From assembly GCA_964016885.1 (NCBI GenBank), contig OZ024746.1:52204001-52268000 (forward strand): a DNA stretch of 64,000 nt. Direction: 5' to 3'. The translations under genes and the position numbers were made by a program. Origin of the DNA: Eledone cirrhosa. Its lineage: Eukaryota. The notes under the pieces are model-generated. The model did no database searches. It saw only the letters and a program-made list of their open reading frames with translations, and was not told the DNA's origin. Positions 1 to 12,900 of this stretch are shown here, piece after piece; the first letter of the stretch is position 1; each line of letters begins with the position of its first letter.

Positions 1-910
1 ATGGTATGGAATTCTATGTATTAGGTATGTTATACTGAGTATGGAGTAGTGTATGGTATCGAATGGTGTATATAGGTGTGTGTTGTATGGTATGGAATTC
101 TATGAATTGGGTATGTTATTTTTAGTATGGAGTAGTGTATGGTATAGAATGGTGTATATAGGTGTGTGTTGTATAGTATGGAATTCTATGTATTGGGTAT
201 GTTATACTTAGTATGGAGTAGTGTATGGCATAGACTGGTGTATATAGGTGTGTGTTGTATGGTATGGAATGCTATGTATTGGGTATGTTTTACTTAGTAT
301 GGAGTAGAGTATGGTATAGAATGGTGTATATAGGTGTGTGTTGTATGGTATGGAATTCTATGTATTGGTTATGTTTTATTTAGTATGGAGTAGTGTATGG
401 CATAGAATGGTGTATATAGGTGTGTGTTGTATGGTATGGAATTTTATGTATTGGGTATGTTATACTTAGTATGGAGTAGTGTATGGTATAGTATGGTGTA
501 TATAGGTGTGTCTTGTATGGTAAGGAATTCTATGTATTGGGTATGTTATACTTTGAATAGAGTAGTGTATGGTATAGAATGGTGTATATAGGTGTGTGTT
601 GTATGTTATGGAATTCTATGTATTGGGTATGTGATATTTAGTATGGAGTAGTGTATGGCATAGACTGGTGAATATAGGTGTGTGTTGTATGTTATGGAAT
701 GCTATGTATTGGTAATGTTATACTTTGTATGGAGTAGTGTATGGTATAGAATGGTGTATATAGGTGTGTGTTGTATGGTATGGAATTCTATGTATTGGGT
801 ATGTTATAGTTAGTATGGAGTAGTGTATGGTATAGAATGGTGTATATAGGTGTGTGTTGTATGGTATGGAATTCTATGTATTAGGTATGTTATACTGAGT
901 ATGGAGTAGT

Positions 911-978
911 GTATGGTATCGAATGGTGTATATAGGTGTGTGTTGTATGGTATCGAATGGTGTATATAGGTGTGTGTT
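911..978 (+). repeat. Two tandem copies of the 34 bp subunit GTATGGTATCGAATGGTGTATATAGGTGTGTGTT (also at 3178, 5102, 7367, 13078)
   Basis: GAATGG occurs at 921 and again at 955 without the intervening 52 bp EcoRI-containing subunit. Both copies carry the TATCGAAT variant. Confidence 0.93.
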
Positions 979-3900
979 GTATGGTATGGAATTCTATGTA
1001 TTGGTTATGTTATATTTAGTATGGAGTAGTGTATGGCATAGAATGGTGTATTACGGTGTATATTGTATGGTATGGAATTCTATGTATTGGGTATGTTATA
1101 CTTAGTATGGAGTAGTGTATGGTATAGTATGGTGTATATAGGTGTGTCTTGTATGGTAAGGAATTCTATGTATTGGGTATGTTTCAATTTGAATAGAGTA
1201 GTGTATGGCATAGGCTGGTGAATATAGGTGTGTTGTATGTTATGGAATGCTATGTATTGGGTATGTTATATTTGTATGGAGTAGTGTATGGTATAGAATG
1301 GTGTATATAGGTGTGTGTTGTATGGTATGGAATTCTATGTATTGGGTATGTTATAGTTAGTATGGAGTAGTGTATGGTATAGAATGGTGTATATAGGTGT
1401 GTGTTGTATGGTATGGAATTCTATGTATTAGGTATGTTATACTGAGTATGGAGTAGTGTATGGTATAGATTGGTGTATATAGGTGCGTGTTGTATGGTAT
1501 GGAATTCTATGAATTGGGTATGTTATATTTAGTATGGAGTAGTGTATGGCATAGACTGGTGTATATAGGTGTGTGTTGTATGGTATGGAATTTTATGTAT
1601 TGGGTATGTTATACTTTATATGGAGTAGTGTATGGTATAGAATGGTGTATATAGGTGTGTGTTGTATTGCATGGAATTCTATGTATTGGGTATGTTATAC
1701 TTAGTATGGAGTAGTGTATGGCATAGACTGGTGTATATAGGTGTGTGTTGTATGGTATGGAATGCTATGTATTGGGTATGTTATACTTTGTATGGAGTAG
1801 TGTATGGTATAGAATGGTGTATATAGGTGTGTGTTGTATGGTATGGAATTCTATGTATTGGGTATGTTATACTTAGTATGGAGTAGTGTATGGTATAGAA
1901 TGGTGTATATAGGTGTATGTTGTAAGGTATGGAATTCTATGTATTGGGTATGTTATAATTTGTATGGAGTAGTGTATGGTATAGAATGGTGTATATAGGT
2001 GTGTGTCGTATGGTATGGATTTCTATGTATTGGTTATGTTATATTTAGTATGGAGTAGTGTATGGCATAGAATGGTGTATATAGGTGTGTGTTGTATGGT
2101 ATGGAATTCAATGTATTGGGTATGTTATACTTAGTATGAAGTAGTGAATGGTATAGTATGGTGTATATAGGTGTGTCATGTATGGTAAGGAATTCTATGT
2201 ATTGGGTGTGTTATACTTAGTATGGAGTAGTGTATGGTATAGAATGGTGTATATAGGTGTGTGTTGTATGGTATGGAATTCTATGTATTAGGTATGTTAT
2301 ACTGAGTATGGAGTAGTGTATGGAATCGAATGGTGTATATAGGTGTGTGTTGTATGGTATGGAATTCTATGAATTGGGTATGTTATATTTAGTATGGAGT
2401 AGTGTATGGTATAGAATGGTGTATATAGGTGTGTGTTGTATAGTATGGAATTCTATGTATTGGGTATGTTATACTTAGTATGGAGTAGTGTATGGCATAG
2501 ACTGGTGTATATAGGTGTGTGTTGTATGGTATGGAATGCTATGTATTGGGTATGTTTTACTTAGTATGGAGTAGAGTATGGTATAGAATGGTGTATATAG
2601 GTGTGTGTTGTATGGTATGGAATTCTATGTATTGGTTATGTTTTATTTAGTATGGAGTAGTGTATGGCATAGAATGGTGTATATAGGTGTGTGTTGTATG
2701 GTATGGAATTTTATGTATTGGGTATGTTATACTTAGTATGGAGTAGTGTATGGTATAGTATGGTGTATATAGGTGTGTCTTGTATGGTAAGGAATTCTAT
2801 GTATTGGGTATGTTATACTTTGAATAGAGTAGTGTATGGTATAGAATGGTGTATATAGGTGTGTGTTGTATGGTATGGAATTCTATGTATTGGGTATGTG
2901 ATATTTAGTATGGAGTAGTGTATGGCATAGACTGGTGAATATAAGTGTGTGTTGTATGTTATGGAATGCTATGTATTGGTTATGTTATACTTTGTATGGA
3001 GTAGTGTATGGTATAGAATGGTGTATATAGGTGTGTGTTGTATGGTATGGAATTCTATGTATTGGGTATGTTATAGTTAGTGTGGAGTAGTGTATGGTAT
3101 AAAATGGTGTATATAGGTGTGTGTTGTATGGTATGGAATTCTATGTATTAGGTATGTTATGCTGAGTATGGAGTAGTGTATGGTATCGAATGGTGTATAT
3201 AGGTGTGTGTTGTATGGTATCGAATGGTGTATATAGGTGTGTGTTGTATGGTATGGAATTCTATGTATTGGTTATGTTATATTTAGTATGGAGTAGTGTA
3301 TGGCATAGAATGGTGTATTACGGTGTATGTTGTATGGTATGGAATTCTATGTATTGGGTATGTTATACTTAGTATGGAGTAGTGTATGGTATAGTATGGT
3401 GTATATAGGTGTGTCTTGTATGGTAAGGAATTCTATGTATTGGGTATGTTTCAATTTGAATAGAGTAGTGTATGGCATAGGCTGGTGAATATAGGTGTGT
3501 TGTATGTTATGGAATGCTATGTATTGGGTATGTTATACTTTGTATGGAGTAGTGTATGGTGTAGAATGGTGTATATAGGTGTGTGTGGTATGGTATGGAA
3601 TTCTATGTATTGGGTATGTTATAGTTAGTATGGAGTAGTGTATGGTATAGAATGGTGTATATAGGTGTGTGTTGTATGGTATGGAATTCTATGTATTAGG
3701 TATGTTATACTGAGTATGGAGTAGTGTATGGTATAGATTGGTGTATATAGGTGCGTGTTGTATGGTATGGAATTCTATGAATTGGGTATGTTATATTTAG
3801 TATGGAGTAGTGTATGGCATAGACTGGTGTATATAGGTGTGTGTTGTATGGTATGGAATTTTATGTATTGGCTATGTTATACTTTATATGGAGTAGTGTA

Positions 3901-6900
3901 TGGTATAGAATGGTGTATATAGGGGTGTGTTGTATTGCATGGAATTCTATGTATTGGGTATGTTATACTTAGTATGGAGTAGTGTATGGCATAGACTGGT
4001 GTATATAGGTGTGTGTTGTATGGTATGGAATGCTATGTATTGGGTATGTTATACTTAGTATGAAGTAGTGAATGGTATAGTATGGTGTATATAGGTGTGT
4101 CATCTATGGTAATGAATTCTATGTATTGGGTGTGTTATACTTAGTATGGAGTAGTGTATGGTATAGAATGGTGTATATAGGTGTGTGTTGTATGGTATGG
4201 AATTCTATGTATTAGGTATGTTATACTGAGTATGGAGTAGTGTATGGTATCGAATGGTGTATATAGGTGTGTGTTGTATGGTATGGAATTCTATTAATTG
4301 GGTATGTTATATTTAGTATGGAGTAGTGTATGGTATAGAATGGTGTATATAGGTGTGTGTTGTATAGTATGGAATTCTATGTATTGGGTATGTTATACTT
4401 AGTATGGAGTAGTGTATGGCATAGACTGGTGTATATAGGTGTGTGTTGTATGGTATGGAATGCTATGTATTGGGTATGTTTTACTTAGTATGGAGTAGAG
4501 TATGGTATAGAATGGTGTATATAGGTGTGTGTTGTATGGTATGGAATTCTATGTATTGGTTATGTTTTATTTAGTATGGAGTAGTGTATGGCATAGAATG
4601 GTGTATATAGGTGTGTGTTGTATGGTATGGAATTTTATGTATTGGGTATGTTATACTTAGTATGGAGTAGTGTATGGTATAGTATGGTGTAGATAGGTGT
4701 GTCTTGTATGGTAAGGAATTCTATGTATTGGGTATGTTATACTTTGAATAGAGTAGTGTATGGTATAGAATGGTGTATATAGGTGTGTGTTGTATGGTAT
4801 GGAATTCTATGTATTGGGTATGTGATATTTAGTATGGAGTAGTGTATGGCATAGACTGGTGAATATAGGTGTGTGTTGTATGTTATGGAATGCTATGTAT
4901 TGGTTATGTTATACTTTGTATGGAGTAGTGTATGGTATAGAATGGTGTATATAGGTGTGTGTTGTATGGTATGGAATTCTATGTATTGGGTATGTTATAG
5001 TTAGTATGGAGTAGTGTATGGTATAGAATGGTGTATATAGGTGTGTGTTGTATGGTATGGAATTCTATGTATTAGGTATGTTATACTGAGTATGGAGTAG
5101 TGTATGGTATCGAATGGTGTATATAGGTGTGTGTTGTATGGTATCGAATGGTGTATATAGGTGTGTGTTGTATGGTATGGAATTCTATGTATTGGTTATG
5201 TTATATTTAGTATGGAGTAGTGTATGACATAGAATGGTGTATTACGGTGTATGTTGTATGGTATGGAATTCTATGTATTGGGTATGTTATACTTAGTATG
5301 GAGTAGTGTATGGTATAGTATGTGTATATAGGTGTGTCTTGTATGGTAAGGAATTCTATGTATTGGGTATGTTTCAATTTGAATAGAGTAGTGTATGGCA
5401 TAGGCTGGTGAATATAGGTGTGTTGTATGTTATGGAATGCTATGTATTGGGTATGTTATACTTTGTATGGAGTAGTGTATGGTATAGAATGGTGTATATA
5501 GGTGTGTGTTGTATGGTATGGAATTCTATGTATTGGGTATGTTATAGTTAGTATGGAGTAGTGTATGGTATAGAATGGTGTATATAGGTGTGTGTTGTAT
5601 GGTATGGACTTCTATGTATTAGGTATGTTATACTGAGTATGGAGTAGTGTATGGTATAGATTGGTGTATATAGGTGCGTGTTGTATGGTATGGAATTCTA
5701 TGAATTGGGTATGTTATATTTAGTATGGAGTAGTGTATGGCATAGACTGATGTATATAGGTGTGTGTTGTATGGTATGGAATTTTATGTATTGGGTATGT
5801 TATACTTTATATGGAGTAGTGTATGGTATAGAATGGTGTATATAGGTGTGTGTTGTATTGCATGGAATTCTATGTATTGGGTATGTTATACTTAGTATGG
5901 AGTAGTGTATGGCATAGACTGGTGTCTATAGGTGTGTGTTGTATGGTATGGAATGCTATGTATTGGGTATGTTATACTTTGTATGGAGTAGTGTATGGTA
6001 TACAATGGTGTATATAGGTGTGTGTTGTATGGTATGGAATTCTATTTATTGGGTATGTTATACTTAGTATGGAGTAGTGTATGGTATAGAATGGTGTATA
6101 TAGGTGTATGTTGTAAGGTATGGAATTCTATGTATTGGGTATGTTATAATTTGTATGGAGTAGTGTATGGTATAGAATGGTGTATATAGGTGTGTGTCGT
6201 ATGGTATGGATTTCTATGTATTGGTTATGTTATATTTAGTATGGAGTAGTGTATGGCACAGAATGGTGTATATAGGTGTGTGTTGTATGGTATGGAATTC
6301 AATGTATTGGGTATGTTATACTTAGTATGAAGTAGTGAATGGTATAGTATGGTGTATATAGGTGTGTCATCTATGGTAAGGAATTCTATGTATTGGGTGT
6401 GTTATACTTAGTATGGAGTAGTGTATGGTATAGAATGGTGTATATAGGTGTGTGTTGTATGGTATGGAATTCTATGTATTAGGTATGTTATACTGAGTAT
6501 GGAGTAGTGTATGGTATCGAATGGTGTATATAGGTGTGTGTTGTATGGTATGGAATTCTATTAATTGGGTATGTTATATTTAGTATGGAGTAGTGTATGG
6601 TATAGAATGGTGTATATAGGTGTGTGTTGTATAGTATGGAATTCTATGTATTGGGTATGTTATACTTAGTATGGAGTAGTGTATAGCATAGACTGGTGTA
6701 TATAGGTGTGTGTTGTATGGTATGGAATGCTATGTATTGGGTATGTTTTACTTAGTATGGAGTAGAGTATGGTATAGAATGGTGTATATAGGTGTGTGTT
6801 GTATGGTATGGAATTCTATGTATTGGTTATGTTTTATTTAGTATGGAGTAGTGTATGGCATAGAATGGTGTATATAGGTGTGATGTATGGTATGGAATTT

Positions 6901-9900
6901 TATGTATTGGGTATGTTATACTTAGTATGGAGTAGTGTATGGTATAGTATGGTGTAGATAGGTGTGTCTTGTATGGTAAGGAATTCTATGTATTGGGTAT
7001 GTTATACTTTGAATAGAGTAGTGTATGGTATAGAATGGTGTATATAGGTGTGTGTTGTATGGTATGGAATTCTATGTATTGGGTATGTGATATTTAGTAT
7101 GGAGTAGTGTATGGCATAGACTGGTGAATATAGGTGTGTGTTGTATGTTATGGAATGCTATGTATTGGTTATGTTATACTTTGTATGGAGTAGTGTATGG
7201 TATAGAATGGTGTATATAGGTGTGTGTTGTATGGTATGGAATTCTATGTATTGGGTATGTTATAGTTAGTATGGAGTAGTGTATGGTATAGAATGGTGTA
7301 TATAGGTGTGTGTTGTATGGTATGGAATTCTATGTATTAGGTATGTTATAGTGAGTATGGAGTAGTGTATGCTATCGAATGGTGTATATAGGTGTGTGTT
7401 GTATGGTATCGAATGGTGTATATAGGTGTGTGTTGTATGGTATGGAATTCTATGAATTGGGTATTATATATTTAGTATGGAGTAGTGTATGGTATAGAAT
7501 GGTGTATATAGGTGTGTGTTGTATGGTATGGAATTCTATGTATTGGGTATGTTATACTTAGTATGGAGTAGTGTATGGCATAGACTGGTGTATATAGGTG
7601 TGTGTTGTGTGGTATGGAATGCTATGTATTGGGTATGTTATACTTAGTATGGAGTAGAGTATGGTATAGAATGGTGTATATAGGTGTGTGTTGTATGGTA
7701 TGGAATTCTATGTATTGGTTATGTTATATTTAGTATGGAGTAGTGTATGGCATAGAATGGTGTATTACGGTGTATGTTGTATGGTATGGAATTCTATGTA
7801 TTGGGTATGTTATACTTAGTATGGAGTAGTGTATGGTATAGTATGGTGTATATAGGTGTGTCTTGTATGGTAAGGAATTCTATGTATTGGGTATGTTATA
7901 ATTTGAATAGAGTAGTGTATGGCATAGGCTGGTGAATATAGGTGTGTGTTGTATGTTATGGAATGCTATGTATTGGGTATGTTATACTTTGTATGGAGTA
8001 GTGTATGGTATAGAATGGTGTATATATGTGTGTGTTGTATGGTATGGAATTCTATGTATTGGGTATGTTATAGTTAGTATGGAGTAGTGTATGGTATAGA
8101 ATGGTGTATATAGGTGTGTTGTATGGTATGGAATTCTATGTATTGGGTATGTTATACTTAGTATGGAGTAGTGTATGGCATAGAATGGTGTATATAGGTG
8201 TGTGTTGTATGGTATGGAATTCTATGTATTGGGTATGTTATACTTTGAATAGAGTAGTGTATGGTATAGAATGGTGTAGATAGATGTGTGCTGTATGGTA
8301 TGGAATTCTATGTATTAGGTATGTTATACTGAGTATGGATTAGTGTATGGTATAGAATGGTGTATATAGCTGTGTGTTGTAAGGTATGGAATTCTATGAA
8401 TTGGGTATGTTATATTTAGAATGGAGTAGTGTATGGTATAGAATGGTGTATATAGATGTGTGTTGTATGGCATGGAATTCAATGTATTGGGTATGTTATA
8501 CTTAGTATGAAGTAGTGAATGGTATAGTATGGTGTATATAGGTGTGTCATGTATGGCAAGGAATTCTATGTGTTGGGTATGTTATACTTTGAATAGAGTA
8601 GTGTATGGTATAGAATGGTGTATATAGATGTGTGTTGTATGGTATGGAATTTTATGTATTGGTTATGTTATACTTAATATGGAGTAGTGTATGGTATAGA
8701 ATGCTGTATATATGTGTGTGTTGTATGGTATGGAATTCTATGTATTGTGTATGTTATATTTTGTATGGTGTAGTGTATGGAATTGAATGGTGTATATAGG
8801 TGTGTGTTGTATGGTATGGAATTCTATGTATTGGGTATGTTATACTGAATATGGAATAGTGTATGGTATAGAATGGTGTATATAGGTCTATGTTGTAAGG
8901 TATGGAATTCTATGTATTGGGTATGTTATAATTTGTATGGAGTAGTGTATGGTATAGAATGGTGTATATAGGTGTGTGTTGTATGGTATGGAATTCTATG
9001 AATTGGGTATGTTATATTTAGTATGGAGTAGTGTATGGTATCGAATGGTGTATATAGGTGTGTGTTGTATGGTATGGAATTCTATGAATTGGGTATGTTA
9101 TATTTAGTATGGAGTAGTGTATGGTATAGAATGGTGTATATAGGTGTGTGTTGTATAGTATGGAATTCTATGTATTGGGTATGTTATACTTAGTATGGAG
9201 TAGTGTATGGCATAGACTGGTGTATATAGGTGTGTGTTGTATGGTATGGAATGCTATGTATTGGGTATGTTATACTTAGTATGGAGTAGAGTATGGTATA
9301 GAATGGTGTATATAGGTGTGTGTTGTATGGTATGGAATTCTATGTATTGGTTATGTTATATTTAGTATGGAGTAGTGTATGGCATAGAATGGTGTATATA
9401 GGTGTGTCTTGTATGGTAAGGAATTCTATGTATTGGGTATGTTATACTTTGAATAGAGTAGTGTATGGTATAGAATGGTGTGTATATAGGTGTGTGTTGT
9501 ATGGTATGGAATTCTATGTATTGGGTATGTGATATTTAGTATGGATTAGTGTATGGCATAGACTGGTGAATATAGGTGTGTGTTGTATGTTATGGAATGC
9601 TATGTATTGGTTATGTTATACTTTGTATGGAGTAGTGTATGGTATAGAATGGTGTATATAGGTGTGTGTTGTATGGTATGGAATTCTATGTATTGGGTAT
9701 GTTATAGTTAGTATGGAGTAGTGTATGGTATAGAATGGTGTATATAGGTGTGTGTTGTATGGTATGGAATTCTATGTATTAGGTATGTTATACTGAGTAT
9801 GGAGTAGTGTATGGTATCGAATGGTGTATATAGGTGTGTGTTGTATGGTATGGAATTCTATGAATTGGGTATGTTATATTTAGTATGGAGTAGTGTATGG

Positions 9901-12900
9901 TATAGAATGGTGTATATAGGTGTGTGTTGTATGGTATGGAATTCTATGTATTGGTTATGTTATATTTAGTATGGAGTAGTGTATGGCATAGAATGGTGTA
10001 TTACGGTGTATGTTGTATGGTATGGAATTCTATGTATTGGGTATGTTATACTTAGTATGGAGTAGTGTATCGTATAGTATGGTGTATATAGGTGTGTCTT
10101 GTATGGTAAGGAATTCTATGTATTAGGTACGTTATATTGAGTATGGAGTAGAGTATGGTATAGAATGGTGTATATAGGTGTGTGTTGTATGGTATGGAAT
10201 TCTATGTATTAGGTATGTTATACTGAGTATGGAGTAGTGTATGGTATGGATTGGTGTATATAGGTGCGTGTTGTATGGTATGGAATTCTATGAATTGGGT
10301 ATGTTATATTTAGTATGGAGTAGTGTATGGCATAGACTGGTGTATATAGGTGTGTGTTGTATGGTATGGAATTTTATGTATTGGGTATGTTATACTTTGT
10401 ATGGAGTAGTGTATGGTATAGAATGGTGTATATAGGTGTGTGTTGTATTGCATGGAATTCTATGTATTGGGTATGTTATACTTAGTATGGAGTAGTGTAT
10501 GGCATAGACTGGTGTATATAGGTGTGTGTTGTATGGTATGGAATGCTATGTATTGGGTATGTTATACTTTGTATGGAGTAGTGTATGTTATAGAATGGTG
10601 TATATAGGTGTGTGTTGTATGGTATGGAATTCTATGTATTGGGTATGTTATACTTAGTATGGAGTAGTGTATGGTATAGAATGGTGTATATAGGTGTGTG
10701 TCTTATGGTATGGAATTCTATGTATTGGTTATGTTATATTTAGTATGGAGTAGTGTATGGCATAGAATGGTGTATATAGGTGTGTGTTGTATTGCGTGGA
10801 ATTCTATGTATTGGGTATGTTATATTTAGTATGGAGTAGTGTATGGTATAGAATGGTGTATATAGATGTGTGCTGTATGGTATGGAATTTTATGTATTAG
10901 GTATGTTATACTGAGTATGGATTAGTGTATGGTATAGAATGGTGTATATAGGTGTGTGTTGTATGGTATGGAATTCTATGAATTGGGTATGTTATATTTA
11001 GTACGGAGTAGTGTATGGTATAGAATGGTGTATATAGGTGTGTGTTGTATGGTATGGAATTCTATGTATTGGGTATGTTATACTTAGTATGGAGTAGTGT
11101 ATGGCATAGACTGGTGTATATAGGTGTGTGTTGTATGGAATGGAATGCTATGTATTGGGTATGTTATACTTTGTATGGAGTAGCGTATGGTATAGAATGG
11201 TGTATATAGGTGTGTGTTGTATGGTATGGAATTCTATGTATTGGGTATGTTATACTTAGTATGGAGTAGTGTATGGTATAGAATGGTGTATATAGCTGTG
11301 TGTCGTATGGTATGGAATTCTATGTATTGGTTATGTTATATTTAGTATGGAGTAGTGTATGGCATAGAATGGTGTATATAGGTGTGTGTTGTATGGTATG
11401 GAATTCAATGTATTGGGTATGTTATACTTAGTATGAAGTAGTGAATGGTATAGTATGGTGTATATAGGTGTGTCATGTATGGCAAGGAATTCTATGTTTT
11501 GGGTATGTTATACTTTGAATAGAGTAGTGTATGGTATAGAATGGTGTATATAGATGTGTGTTGTATGGTATGGAATTTTATGTATTGGGTATGTTATACT
11601 TAATATGGAGTAGTGTATGGTATAGAATGCTGTATATATGTGTGTGTTGTATGGTATGGAATTCTATGTATTGTGTATGTTATATTTTGTATGGTGTAGT
11701 GTATGGTATAGAATGGTGTATATAGGTGTGTGTTGTATGGTATGGAATTCTATGTATTGGGTATGTTATACTGAATATGGAATAGTGTATGGTATAGAAT
11801 GGTGTATATAGGTGTATGTTGTAAGGTATGGAATTCTATGTATTGGGTATGTTATAATTTGTATGGAGTAGTGTATGGTATAGAATGGTGTATATAGGTG
11901 TGTGTCGTATGGTATGGATTTCTATGTATTGGTTATGTTATATTTAGTATGGAGTAGTGTATGGCATAGAATAGTGTATATAGGTGTGTGTTGTATGGTA
12001 TGGAATTCAATGTATTGGGTATGTTATACTTAGTATGAAGTAGTGAAACGGTATAGTATGGTGTATATAGGTGTGTCATGTATGGTAAGGAATTCTATGT
12101 ATTGGGTGTGTTATACTTAGTATGGAGTAGTGTATGGTATAGAATGGTGTATATAGGTGTGTGTTGTATGGTATTGAATTCTATGTATTAGGTATGTTAT
12201 ACTGAGTATGGAGTTGTGTATGGTATCGAATGGTGTATATAGGTGTGTGTTGTATGGTATGGAATTCTATGAATTGGGTATGTTATATTTAGTATGGAGT
12301 AGTGTATGGTATAGAATGGTGTATATAGGTGTGTGTTGTATAGTATGGAATTCTATGTATTGGGTATGTTATACTTAGTATGGAGTAGTGTATGGCATAG
12401 ACTGGTGTATATAGGTGTGTGTTGTATGGTATGGAATGCTATGTATTGGGTATGTTTTACTTAGTATGGAGTAGAGTATGGTATAGAATGGTGTATATAG
12501 GTGTGTGTTGTATGGTATGGAATTCTATGTATTGGTTATGTTTTATTTAGTATGGAGTAGTGTATGGCATAGAATTGTGTATATAGGTGTGTGTTGTATG
12601 GTATGGAATTTTATGTATTGGGTATGTTATACTTAGTATGGAGTAGTGTATGGTATAGTATGGTGTATATAGGTGTGTCTTGTATGGTAAGGAATTCTAT
12701 GTATTGGGTATGTTATACTTTGAATAGAGTAGTGTATGGTATAGAATGGTGTATATAGGTGTGTGTTGTATGGTATGGAATTCTATGTATTGGGTATGTG
12801 ATATTTAGTATGGAGTAGTGTATGGCATAGACTGGTGAATATAGGTGTGTGTTGTATGGTATGGAATGCTATGTATTGGTTATGTTATACTTTGTATGGA

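Noticed and set aside
30-50. Hypervariable segment (CTTAG/TTTAG/CTGAG/CTTTG/CTTTGAATAG/CTTAA) as a programmed diversification cassette or code
   Set aside because: The variants are a small fixed set inherited in collinear order through duplications. Ordinary satellite evolution explains them, and no recombinase or reverse transcriptase is present.
68-76. TATA-like element (GTATATAGG) as a promoter
   Set aside because: It occurs in every monomer as part of the repeat, with no downstream gene or supporting context.
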